Assembly (NCBI GenBank): GCA_022824205.1
Contig: JAJEAI010000056.1
Coordinates: 1 to 32,000 of the forward strand
Direction of reading: 5' to 3'
DNA from: Candidatus Binatia bacterium
GTDB lineage: Bacteria > Desulfobacterota > Binatia > UBA9968 > JAJDTQ01
DNA: 32,000 bases
Positions 23,042 through 31,752 of the stretch are shown here, piece after piece (positions within the stretch are counted from its first letter, which is position 1; every line of letters begins with the position of its first letter). The position numbers and the translations under genes were made by a program. The notes beneath the pieces are model-generated. The model searched no databases, was not told the DNA's origin, and saw only the letters and a program-made list of their open reading frames with translations.

Positions 23042-23069
23042 GTAGGGGAGACCGGCCGGTCGCCCCTAC
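23042..23069. repeat. Palindromic REP-like hairpin in the binding-protein/permease intercistronic gap
   Basis: gtaggggagaccgg / ccggtcgcccctac is a near-perfect 14-bp palindrome with 1 mismatch. It shares the ggtcgcccctac arm with the hairpin inside the MITE (14030-14053). Confidence 0.6.
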
Positions 23070-23150
23070 TCTCGACGACGATTGCCCTGCCCGGCCAAGC
23101 TCCCGGGCAGTTTCCTTGCCGGGCATTTCCCATCTTGCCATGATGGCGAT

Positions 23151-23867
23151 ATGGCCGTGCCCGGAAGTGTTCTTCCGCCCGTGCTACTCGGCTTTGGCGC
23201 CCAACTCGCGGCAGGGACCCTGGTAACCGTCGGGCTGGCGGTGGCCTCCCTCGCCGGCGGCCTGCTGCTGGGCATCGCCGGGGCCGCCGCGCGGATGTCC
23301 CGCCGGCGGCTGCTGCGTACCGCCGCCCAGGCATACACCACCGCGGTACGCGGCGTGCCCGAGCTGCTCGTGATCCTGATCGTCTACTTCGGCGCGTCCG
23401 CCGCCGTCGGCCGCGTGGCTGCGCTGTTCGGCGTTACCGGCTTCTTCGAGTTGAACCCCTTTCTCGCCGGCGTGGCGGCCCTCAGTCTCACCTTCGGCGC
23501 CTACGCGGCCGAAGTGCTGCGGGGCGCATTCCTTGCCGTCCCGCCGGGACAGACCGAGGCGGCCTACTCCCTGGGGCTTACACGCGCGCGCGTGTTTTCC
23601 CACGTGCTGCTGCCGCAGGTGTGGCGCACCGCGCTCCCGGGCCTGGGCAACCTGTTCCTCGTGCTGCTCAAGGATACGTCTCTGGTGTCGGTGGTGGGGC
23701 TGGACGAGATCATGCGAAAAAGCGCCCTCGCGGTGAGCTACACGCAGCAGCCGTTCACCTTCTATCTGGCCGCCGCGTTCATCTACCTCGCCATGACAGC
23801 AGTCTCCATGGCCGGCATCCAGGTGCTGGAGCGACGCGCGGCACGCGGCATGGAGTGGTCCGGATGA
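23151..23867 (+). CDS. Polar amino-acid ABC transporter permease (HisQ-like)
   Basis: Trimmed to ATG 23151. Multi-TM protein with the EAA-loop region EAAYSLGLTRARVFSHVLLPQVWRTALPGLGN. Confidence 0.8.
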   Translation: MAVPGSVLPPVLLGFGAQLAAGTLVTVGLAVASLAGGLLLGIAGAAARMSRRRLLRTAAQAYTTAVRGVPELLVILIVYFGASAAVGRVAALFGVTGFFELNPFLAGVAALSLTFGAYAAEVLRGAFLAVPPGQTEAAYSLGLTRARVFSHVLLPQVWRTALPGLGNLFLVLLKDTSLVSVVGLDEIMRKSALAVSYTQQPFTFYLAAAFIYLAMTAVSMAGIQVLERRAARGMEWSG

Positions 23868-24598
23868 TGGCTGCCCTCCACGGTATGGCCGCCGAGAGCA
23901 CTGCGCAACTCTTGGCTGGCGCCTGGCTCACGATGCAACTCACGGCGCTGGCCATGTTGGTGGGCACCACCCTGGCCTTTCCGCTGGCGCTCATGCGGAC
24001 GTCACGCCATGGCTGGCTCCGGGCGCCGGCGTACGGCTACGTGTTCTTCTTCCGGGGTACGCCCCTTCTGGTTCAGATCTTCCTGGTCTACTACGGGCTG
24101 GCGCAGTTCGAGGCGATACGAGACGGCTTCCTGTGGCCGGTCCTGAGCGAGGCGTACTGGTGCGCGATCATCGCCTTCAGCCTGAACACCGCGGCCTACA
24201 CGGCCGAGATCCTCCGCGGCGGCATGATGGCAGTACCCCTCGGCGAGCGGGAGGCGGCGCGTGCTCTCGGATTTTCGCGCTGGCAGGAAATACGCCTTAT
24301 CGTGCTGCCCAGGGCCGTGCGGCAGGCGCTGCCGGCCTATGGCAACGAGGTGATCCTAATGCTCAAGGGCAGCGCCCTGGCCAGCACCATCACGCTGCTG
24401 GAACTCACCGGCGTCGCGCGCACCCTCATCGCACGCACCTACCTGGCGGTGGAATTCTTCGCGCTGGCGGGGCTGATCTACCTTCTCCTGACCCTCTTGA
24501 TCGTGCGCGGCGTGCGCCTGCTGGAGCGGCGCTGGGCGCTGCCCGGCCAAGCGATCGAGACCGTGCCAGGCACACGCCATGGAGACCTTCTCGCGTGA
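23864..24598 (+). CDS. Polar amino-acid ABC transporter permease (HisM-like)
   Basis: Trimmed to ATG 23864, which forms an ATGA overlap with the upstream stop. EAA-loop region: EAARALGFSRWQEIRLIVLPRAVRQALPAYGNE. Confidence 0.8.
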   Translation: MMAALHGMAAESTAQLLAGAWLTMQLTALAMLVGTTLAFPLALMRTSRHGWLRAPAYGYVFFFRGTPLLVQIFLVYYGLAQFEAIRDGFLWPVLSEAYWCAIIAFSLNTAAYTAEILRGGMMAVPLGEREAARALGFSRWQEIRLIVLPRAVRQALPAYGNEVILMLKGSALASTITLLELTGVARTLIARTYLAVEFFALAGLIYLLLTLLIVRGVRLLERRWALPGQAIETVPGTRHGDLLA

Positions 24599-24756
24599 CC
24601 ACCGGGCCGAACAGGAATCAACCTCCTGGCCAGTCTACCGAAATCCTCATCATCGCGGAGGGTTCGTCCCGTTGCCCACCGAGCACCCCGAAACCCTGGA
24701 CTCGAAACCCTTTCTCTCCTATCCTTGCCTTCGCTACCAAGGAGAACCCGCTCAAC

Positions 24757-25479
24757 ATGAATCTTCTTACGATCAAACGAGAGTCGGTACCCCTGCACGC
24801 CGAAGTCGCGGCGATGCTGCGACACCAGATCCTGGCCGGCACTCTTGCCCCGGGCGCGCAACTGCCGCCGCTCAGCGAACTGACGGAAAAGCTGGGCGTT
24901 GCGCGCATGACCGTCCGGCAAGCGATGGATGCGCTGGAAGCCGAGGGGTTGATCGAACGCCATTCGGGCCGCGGCACTTTCGTCAAGCGGGTCGACCTTC
25001 CCAAGCGCCAGACACTGAACATGCAGGCGGACTTGTCGCAGCTTCAGTCGATGGTGGCTCAGTTGGAAGTCTCCGTATTGGTCGAGGAAACCCAGGCCGC
25101 GACGACGGACGAGAACGGGGTTGCCTATCGATACATGAAGCGAATTCACTCTCTTGACGGCAAACCCTTCTGTCATGTCGACCTGCGGGTGGACAACGCC
25201 CTCTACGAACAAGCCCCGGAGAGGTATTCTTCCGAAATCGTGGTCCGTGTCCTCAAGGATATGGGGATCCCGGTCGGTTCCGCGCGCCAGCGGGTGACCA
25301 TCTCGTACGCGGACCTGGAAGTAGCACAGGCCCTGGCAATCAAGGTCAACTCACCCGTATTCCGCGTGTTCCGAGAGTTCTTCGACCCCAGTGGCCGGTT
25401 GATCTACTCGGCGAACCTTGTCTATCCCGGCGATGTGCTCGAATTCGAGATGGAGTTCACGACCGACACCTCCGATTGA
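24757..25479 (+). CDS. GntR-family transcriptional regulator, HutC subfamily (wHTH + UTRA effector domain)
   Basis: 240 aa. The N-terminal wHTH is LPPLSELTEKLGVARMTVRQAMDALEAEGLIERHSGRGTFV. The C-terminal ~150 aa has the length and pattern of a UTRA domain. AAGGAGA lies upstream of the ATG at 24757. Confidence 0.85.
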   Translation: MNLLTIKRESVPLHAEVAAMLRHQILAGTLAPGAQLPPLSELTEKLGVARMTVRQAMDALEAEGLIERHSGRGTFVKRVDLPKRQTLNMQADLSQLQSMVAQLEVSVLVEETQAATTDENGVAYRYMKRIHSLDGKPFCHVDLRVDNALYEQAPERYSSEIVVRVLKDMGIPVGSARQRVTISYADLEVAQALAIKVNSPVFRVFREFFDPSGRLIYSANLVYPGDVLEFEMEFTTDTSD

Positions 25480-25514
25480 CCAACCTGTTCACCGGTAACC
25501 TTCCCGGAATTCTT

Positions 25515-25541
25515 CGCGGGGCCGTCCATGTCGGCCCCGCG
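25515..25541 (+). terminator. GC-rich stem-loop downstream of the GntR gene (possible terminator; no U-tract)
   Basis: Perfect 10-bp stem cgcggggccg (25515-25524) / cggccccgcg (25532-25541) with a 7-nt loop, 36 nt after the stop codon. Confidence 0.4.
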
Positions 25542-25712
25542 CCGCGGAGCGCAAGATCTCCGAGCTCCCCGAGCGCGGGGCTATCCAAACAAATCCATTG
25601 CATCCGTTCCCTCAATTGTACTAGTGTTCTGACAGTCTAGTTGATAGGGCCTTCGGGATGACCACCGCGCAATCGTCGCCTTGCGCGCCCGGCGCCCTTG
25701 TCGACGGTCGAA

Positions 25713-26834
25713 ATGTCTCACGTCATCAGGCAAATCGACGTAACTGTCTACCGGGCACCCATCGAAACACCGGTCATGACGTCCTTCGGCAACATGACTG
25801 ATCGGCCGGCCGTCATAGTCCGTCTCCAGGACCAGGACGGCGCCGAAGGATGGGGCGAGGTCTGGTGCAACTATCCTACCTGCGGAGCCGAGCACCGGGC
25901 GAAGTTGATCGAGACGGTATTCGAGCCGCTCTTGATCGGATACAGCTTCGAGGCTCCGCCCGAGTTGTTCGATTATCTCACCGAGCGCAGCCACGTTCTT
26001 GCAATTCAGACCGCGGAGGTCGGACCCATCGCGCAATGCATCGCGGGCCTCGACATCGCCGCCTGGGATTTGACCGCGCGGCAGGCGGGTTCGCCGCTTC
26101 ACCGGTTGCTGGGGAGCGAAGGGGCGTCGGTTTCCGTCTATGCCAGCGGCGTCAATCCGACCGGCGCCCCGGAAACGGTTGAACGCGCGCGCCGCGATGG
26201 CTATCGGGCATTCAAGGTCAAGATCGGTTTTGGCCACGACGAAGATCTGGCCGTCCTCTCGGAGGTATCTTCCGGACTGACCGATGGCGAGAGATTGATG
26301 GCCGACGCCAATCAAGCCTGGACCATCGAACAGGCGCGTCGGTTCGTCGACCGGACAGGCGACATTCCGTTGTCCTGGCTCGAGGAACCGCTTCGAGCCG
26401 ACCGGCCGGACGCGGAATGGCGCGCGTTGGCTGAACAGACGGAGATCCCCATAGCCGCGGGAGAGAACATTCGGGGACAGCGCGATTTCGAACACAAGAT
26501 AAACAGCGGCTACCTGGGCGTTGTGCAGCCCGATATCTGCAAGTGGGGCGGAATATCGGCGAACCTGCCGATAGTCCGCGGTATCCTGGCCGCCGGCATT
26601 CGCTACTGCCCGCACTATCTCGGGGGCGGGATCGGACTTGTCGCCAGCGCCCATCTTCTGGCGGCGGCCGGCGGGGATGGTTCCCTGGAAGTGGACTACA
26701 GCACAAACCCGCTGCGCGAAGGTTTGGCCGACCCTTGGCCGGCGGTGCGGGGCGGAACAATCACGCTGACCGGCGAGGCGGGACTGGGCGTAAAGCCGGA
26801 CCTCGACCGGTTACGCGAATTCGCGGTCGCATGA
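25713..26834 (+). CDS. Enolase-superfamily enzyme (mandelate racemase/muconate lactonizing enzyme family; probable acid-sugar or amino-acid-derivative dehydratase/cycloisomerase)
   Basis: 373 aa from ATG 25713 (the track ORF starts at TTG 25698). The barrel-domain metal-ligand pattern is KVKIG ... MADANQAW ... WLEEP ... AAGEN ... QPD. No substrate assignment is possible from the sequence alone. Confidence 0.8.
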   Translation: MSHVIRQIDVTVYRAPIETPVMTSFGNMTDRPAVIVRLQDQDGAEGWGEVWCNYPTCGAEHRAKLIETVFEPLLIGYSFEAPPELFDYLTERSHVLAIQTAEVGPIAQCIAGLDIAAWDLTARQAGSPLHRLLGSEGASVSVYASGVNPTGAPETVERARRDGYRAFKVKIGFGHDEDLAVLSEVSSGLTDGERLMADANQAWTIEQARRFVDRTGDIPLSWLEEPLRADRPDAEWRALAEQTEIPIAAGENIRGQRDFEHKINSGYLGVVQPDICKWGGISANLPIVRGILAAGIRYCPHYLGGGIGLVASAHLLAAAGGDGSLEVDYSTNPLREGLADPWPAVRGGTITLTGEAGLGVKPDLDRLREFAVA

Positions 26835-26882
26835 GCGTGGTGGGTGTCATGTCTGACATTGCGATGCGTTGCGAGGCCACTC

Positions 26883-27017
26883 ATGACGGTTGAGAATCTT
26901 TTCCACATCTATGTCTCGTCGTTGAGTGGCGGCCGGATCGACGTGTTCCATATCAACGCGGATACCGGCGAGATGTCGCGGGAACCGGTCTGGGCCGAGA
27001 TCGTCGAGCTTCCCTGA
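26883..27017 (+). pseudogene. N-terminal remnant (44 codons) of a Pgl-type beta-propeller lactonase; not in the ORF track
   Basis: Manual translation MTVENLFHIYVSSLSGGRIDVFHINADTGEMSREPVWAEIVELP. The first ~30 residues match the start of 6-phosphogluconolactonase-like lactonases (E. coli Pgl: [21 protein letters not shown]). No continuation is found in any frame. Confidence 0.4.
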
Positions 27018-27142
27018 CTCGTCCATGCGTTGAAGCGATGGCGCAATGCTGAACCTGAGTTGCGAATTGTGTTGTCATGGGACTTGTAGGACGAGAGAGC
27101 TGAAAGCCGTTGGCGAATCTGAACCTTAATTGGGAGGGACCA

Positions 27143-28825
27143 ATGTCACAAATAGCGAACGATCATATGCACGCCGACCGTGTGCCGCGGACCGGCCGTC
27201 CGAGACGCATTCGGCCCGTCGCCCACGGAATCGCGCGTAATTTCTGGGTCGTTGCCCTCGTTGGCCTGGTGCTGCTCCTGGCCTGGTCGCCGGCCCTGGC
27301 ACAGGCGGACAAGCTGGTCGCCGCGGTCAGCAAGCCGGGCACCGAGACCAACCGGTTCTGGTCCGGCAGCACCATGTGGCACGTCATGGATCCCGCCCTG
27401 GAAGGATTGCTCGACCAGGACCCCGTCACCGGCGAGAACACCGACAAGGGCCTGGCGGTGTCGTGGGAGGCCAGCGACGACTTCAAGGTGTGGACCTTCA
27501 AGCTCCGCGAGGGCGTCCAGTTCCACCATGGATGGGGAGAGTTTACCGCCGCCGACGTGGTGCACAGCTACAAGCTCCATACCGGCCCGGATGCCATCAT
27601 CCCGACGGTGGACCAGTTGAGGGGCGCCGAGGCCGAGGCGGTGGACAGGTACACGGTGCGGTTCACCTATTCCGAACCCAACAAGAACCTGCTGTTCCTT
27701 CACGGCGGACGCAGCGTGATGAAGATCTACAGCAAGGCGCAGTTCGACAAGGAGGGCCTGGAGGGCTACGACCGCAGGTTCGCCGGCACCGGCCAATATC
27801 AGTTCGTGTCGCGCAAGCCCGGCCAGATTCTCTACGAGCGGTTCGACAAGCACTATTCATCGGGGAAGCCCGACTTCAGGGTCGTCGAGTTCCGCTTCGT
27901 CGATGAGCCCGCGACCAAGCTCGCCATGCTGCTGTCGGGCGAGGCGGCCATCGCCGACCTCCCCCGCGAGCTGATGAAGGACGCCCTGGCGGGCGGGATG
28001 AAGACCGCGGAATCGGCGCGCGCCGTGATCCAGACCGACGTCGTCTTGAACGGCCTCTATTGCGAGTCGGGCGATGAGGCATGCGGCAAGCACCTGCCGT
28101 GGTACAACAGGAAGATCCGGGAGGCGATGAACATCGCCCTGAACCGGGAGGAAATGGTCCAGGTGCTGTTCCCCGGCGGCGGCGCCAAGCTGCTGCCCCG
28201 CTACGCAATGACGCCGGGCCACGAGGGTTATGATCCGACCCTGGTGGAGCGTTTCAAGAAGGAGTACGGCTACAACCCGGAACGGGCCAAGAAGCTGATG
28301 AAGGAGGCCGGCTACCCCGATGCCTTCAAGGACCCGACCATCCACTTGGTGCTGAAACCCAGCGCCGGCGTGCCTGAAGTCGCGTTGCAGATGGAGCTCA
28401 TCCATCAGTACCTGACGGCGGTCGGTTTCAAGGCGGAGCTCCGGGAGATCGATCACGCAACGGTCGGCGCCATGGGCCGCGCACGGAAGGCATACATCAT
28501 CCATCCAAGCAAGAACGCTCCGCCGCGGCCCACCGAAGTCGCGTTCCGCGCATTTTATTCCAAGCCGGGCGGCCCCTACCAGGGATGGGAAGACGACTTC
28601 ACGAGCAGCAACATCAAGGCGTTCCGGGCCGAGCGGGACCCCGAGAAGCGCGATGCCATTGCCCGCAAGCTATTCAACTACCTGTTCGAACAGTATGTGA
28701 GCATGCCCATGTTCGAACTGCGGACGCAGTTGGCCTTCAACCCCAAGATGGTAGCGTCGTGGCAATTCCCCGGCGTGACCTCTACCGGCTACGGTCACTG
28801 GCACACGGTAAAGGCCGCGAAATAG
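27143..28825 (+). CDS. ABC transporter substrate-binding protein, family 5 (Dpp/Opp/Nik-like)
   Basis: 560 aa from ATG 27143 (GGGAGGG upstream). It has an Arg-rich N-region, a hydrophobic signal (FWVVALVGLVLLLAWSPALAQA) and family-5 length and sequence style. Confidence 0.8.
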   Translation: MSQIANDHMHADRVPRTGRPRRIRPVAHGIARNFWVVALVGLVLLLAWSPALAQADKLVAAVSKPGTETNRFWSGSTMWHVMDPALEGLLDQDPVTGENTDKGLAVSWEASDDFKVWTFKLREGVQFHHGWGEFTAADVVHSYKLHTGPDAIIPTVDQLRGAEAEAVDRYTVRFTYSEPNKNLLFLHGGRSVMKIYSKAQFDKEGLEGYDRRFAGTGQYQFVSRKPGQILYERFDKHYSSGKPDFRVVEFRFVDEPATKLAMLLSGEAAIADLPRELMKDALAGGMKTAESARAVIQTDVVLNGLYCESGDEACGKHLPWYNRKIREAMNIALNREEMVQVLFPGGGAKLLPRYAMTPGHEGYDPTLVERFKKEYGYNPERAKKLMKEAGYPDAFKDPTIHLVLKPSAGVPEVALQMELIHQYLTAVGFKAELREIDHATVGAMGRARKAYIIHPSKNAPPRPTEVAFRAFYSKPGGPYQGWEDDFTSSNIKAFRAERDPEKRDAIARKLFNYLFEQYVSMPMFELRTQLAFNPKMVASWQFPGVTSTGYGHWHTVKAAK

Positions 28826-28843
28826 GAGTGTAATCTCTCGTCC

Positions 28844-28879
28844 GAAGGGCGGGCACCCGGGACCGGGGGGCCCGCCTTC
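28844..28879 (+). other. Intercistronic stem-loop between the binding-protein and permease genes
   Basis: gaagggcggg (28844-28853) pairs with cccgccttc (28871-28879), with one bulge. It lies 19 nt after the stop codon and 16 nt before the next start. Confidence 0.35.
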
Positions 28880-28894
28880 CTTCCCAAGGGGCAA

Positions 28895-29815
28895 ATGAAA
28901 CGATACCTGGTTATCCGAAGTCTGCAGAGCCTGCTCGCGCTTTTGGCCATCAGCGTCATCGCGTTCGCCATGTCCCACCTCACCGGGAGCCCCGTGGACG
29001 CCATGCTCCCGGATGACGCCGGACCCGAGGAGGCCGCGCGGCTCACCAGGCTGTGGGGCCTCGACCGGCCCCTCTACGAGCAGTACTTCGTGTTCCTGGG
29101 CAATGCCCTTCAGGGTAATTTCGGCGACTCGATCAAGTGGCAGGGTCAGACAGCGTTCGGCCTGGTGCTTGAACGGCTGCCGGCGACCATCCAACTCGGC
29201 GGGTTCGCCATCATCGTCAGCACGATCATCGCACTGCCCGTGGGCGTCCTCGCGGCGGTCTACAAGGACACCCCTTTCGATTCCGCCGGCAAGCTCGTGG
29301 CCCTGCTCGGTCAGGCCATGCCCAACTTCTGGCTCGGCATCGTGCTGATCTGGATATTCGCGGTGCATCTCCACTGGCTGCCCACGTCCGGCCGCGGCGG
29401 GTTCAGCCACATGATCTTGCCGGCCATCGCCATGGGCTGGTTCCAGGTCGCGGCCTTCATGCGCCTGACCCGCTCCGCCATGCTGGAGGTGCTGGACAGC
29501 GAATACATCAAGCTGGCTCGCATCAAGGGGGTCCCGGAACGCCGGGTGATCTGGGTCCACGCCCTGAAGAACGCGGCAATCGCGCCGTTGACCTATTTCG
29601 GCGTCATCGCCGGCTCCATCTTCACCGGTTCGGTCGTGATCGAGACCGTTTTCGCCTGGCCGGGCACCAGGTTGCTGGCCATCGATGCGATTCGGGGCCG
29701 CGATTTTCCCGTGATCCAGGCGGTCGTGGTCACCTTCGCCGGCGTCTTCATCGTCGCCAACCTGATCGTCGATACGCTCTACGCCTATCTCGATCCACGC
29801 ATCCGCTACCAGTAA
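28895..29815 (+). CDS. ABC transporter permease, DppB/OppB-like
   Basis: 306 aa. The N-terminus MKRYLVIRSLQSLLALLAISVIAFAMSHLTGSPV is canonical for DppB/OppB-type permeases. Confidence 0.85.
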   Translation: MKRYLVIRSLQSLLALLAISVIAFAMSHLTGSPVDAMLPDDAGPEEAARLTRLWGLDRPLYEQYFVFLGNALQGNFGDSIKWQGQTAFGLVLERLPATIQLGGFAIIVSTIIALPVGVLAAVYKDTPFDSAGKLVALLGQAMPNFWLGIVLIWIFAVHLHWLPTSGRGGFSHMILPAIAMGWFQVAAFMRLTRSAMLEVLDSEYIKLARIKGVPERRVIWVHALKNAAIAPLTYFGVIAGSIFTGSVVIETVFAWPGTRLLAIDAIRGRDFPVIQAVVVTFAGVFIVANLIVDTLYAYLDPRIRYQ

Positions 29816-29833
29816 TCGGGAACGGAGCCTGGA

Positions 29834-30733
29834 GTGACCGGCGCACCTCTTACTGCTGATCGGCCTAACGACGAGGATACCGGGAGAAAGCCGGGCCTCT
29901 GGCGCGGGCTTCGCCGACTGCCGTTGATCCCGATGTTCGTGCTCGTGGTATTGCTCGTCATCCCGGCGCTGAGCGCGGATTGGCTGGCGCCCCACGACCC
30001 CATCCGCGGTTCCATCCCCGACCGGCTGAAGCCGCCGGTGTTCTTCGGCGGCACGTGGGAGTTTGCTCTCGGCACCGACCGCCTCGGGCGGGATATCCTG
30101 AGCCGCATCATGCACGGCGCCAAGGTGTCGCTTTCCATCTCCATCGCCGGCATTTTCGCCGGCGGCGTTCTGGGCACCGCTCTCGGGCTGGTCGCCGGCT
30201 ACTTCCGGGGCCTGGCCGATGCGATCATCATGCGGCTTGTCGACATCACCATGGCGCTGCCCAGCATCCTGCTGGCCCTGGTGCTGGCGGTGACCGTTGG
30301 GCCGAGCTTCCAGACCATCATCGTGGTGGTGACCTTCGTGCTGTGGGCGCTCTACGCCCGCCAGGTCCGGGGGGAGGTCCTGAGTATCCGCGAGCGGGAC
30401 TTCGTCGCCCGGGCGCGCGTGGCGGGGGCATCGGATTTGCGCATCATCGTCCGGCACATCCTGCCCAACGCCGCCAACACCATCATCGTGCTGGCGACCC
30501 TGCAGGTGGGTTCGGTGATTCTGTTGGAAGCGGGATTGAGTTTCCTCGGGGTCGGCATCCCACGACCCACTCCGGCCTGGGGACTGATGGTTGCCGACGG
30601 CCGACAGCTCATCGTCAGCGCCTGGTGGATCGCCTTCTTCCCGGGCCTCGCCATTACCCTCACCGTCTTCGCGTTGAACCTGCTCGGCGACTGGATGCGC
30701 GACAGGCTGGACCCCAGGCTGAAGGAAGTGTGA
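29834..30733 (+). CDS. ABC transporter permease, DppC/OppC-like
   Basis: 299 aa with GTG start. Sequence GTDRLGRDILSRIMHGAKVSLSISIAG and the EAA-loop region ERDFVARARVAGASDLRIIVRHILPNA are present. Confidence 0.85.
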   Translation: MTGAPLTADRPNDEDTGRKPGLWRGLRRLPLIPMFVLVVLLVIPALSADWLAPHDPIRGSIPDRLKPPVFFGGTWEFALGTDRLGRDILSRIMHGAKVSLSISIAGIFAGGVLGTALGLVAGYFRGLADAIIMRLVDITMALPSILLALVLAVTVGPSFQTIIVVVTFVLWALYARQVRGEVLSIRERDFVARARVAGASDLRIIVRHILPNAANTIIVLATLQVGSVILLEAGLSFLGVGIPRPTPAWGLMVADGRQLIVSAWWIAFFPGLAITLTVFALNLLGDWMRDRLDPRLKEV

Positions 30734-31752
30734 TGCGCAGCCCTTCGGAACGACCGGCCCTTGAAGTCAGGGACCTCGAGACCCGCATCGACACCAAGCT
30801 CGGCCTGATCAAGGCGGTGGACGGCGTCTCGTTCTCGGTCGACCACGGCGAGACTCTCGGTATCGTCGGCGAATCCGGGAGCGGCAAGAGCATTGCCGCC
30901 CTCAGCATCCTGCGGCTGGTGCCGAAGCCCGCCGCGTACATCGCCAGGGGACAGGTGCTCCTCGACGGCGAGGACCTGCTGGAGAAGAGCGAGAACGAGA
31001 TGCGCAAGGTGCGCGGCAAGCGCATCTCGATGATCCTGCAGGATCCGCAAACGTCGCTGAATCCCGTCTTTTCCATCGGCTTCCAGGTCGTCGAAGCCAT
31101 CGGCATGCACGCCGACGCACCGCGCAAGACCCTGGTGCGGCGAGCGGTCGAGGCCCTCCGCCGGGTTCGCGTCGCCGATCCGGAGCGCCGCGTCGACGAT
31201 TTCCCCCATCAGATGAGCGGCGGCATGAAGCAGCGGGTCGTGGGCGCCATCGCCCTGGGCTCGTTCCCGAGCGTTCTCATCGCGGACGAGCCGACCACGG
31301 CGCTGGACGTCACCATCCAGGCGCAATACCTGCGGCTGCTGAAGGACATCCAGCAGGAAACCGGTCTTTCCATCATCTTCATCACGCACGATTTCGGTGT
31401 CGTCGCGCGCATGTGCGACAAGGTGGCGGTTATGTACGCCGGGCGCGTGGTCGAATACGGTCCCGTGCGCGAAATCTTCAACTCCCCGGCGCATCCTTAC
31501 ACGAAGGCGCTCCTCAACTCGGTGCCGGCCGTCGAGGAGGACGTTGACCGGTTGTATTCAATCAAGGGCCAGCCGCCGGCGTTCTGGGACATGCCGAAGG
31601 GATGCCGGTTCGAGCCCCGCTGCGACGTGGCCATGGAGCGCTGCAAGACGGAGTATCCGGCCAGGCTCGCAAAAGCCGCGACCGGGAGCGGCGGTCACTA
31701 CGCCGATTGCTGGGCGCTGGAGGAGCCGGAGTGGATTCCCAGCCGGTCCTGA
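30733..31752 (+). CDS. ABC transporter ATP-binding protein, DppD/OppD-like
   Basis: 339 aa. Walker A GESGSGKS, signature MSGGMKQR, Walker B VLIADEPTTALD, plus the oligopeptide-type C-terminal extension. The ATG overlaps the upstream TGA by 1 nt. Confidence 0.9.
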   Translation: MRSPSERPALEVRDLETRIDTKLGLIKAVDGVSFSVDHGETLGIVGESGSGKSIAALSILRLVPKPAAYIARGQVLLDGEDLLEKSENEMRKVRGKRISMILQDPQTSLNPVFSIGFQVVEAIGMHADAPRKTLVRRAVEALRRVRVADPERRVDDFPHQMSGGMKQRVVGAIALGSFPSVLIADEPTTALDVTIQAQYLRLLKDIQQETGLSIIFITHDFGVVARMCDKVAVMYAGRVVEYGPVREIFNSPAHPYTKALLNSVPAVEEDVDRLYSIKGQPPAFWDMPKGCRFEPRCDVAMERCKTEYPARLAKAATGSGGHYADCWALEEPEWIPSRS

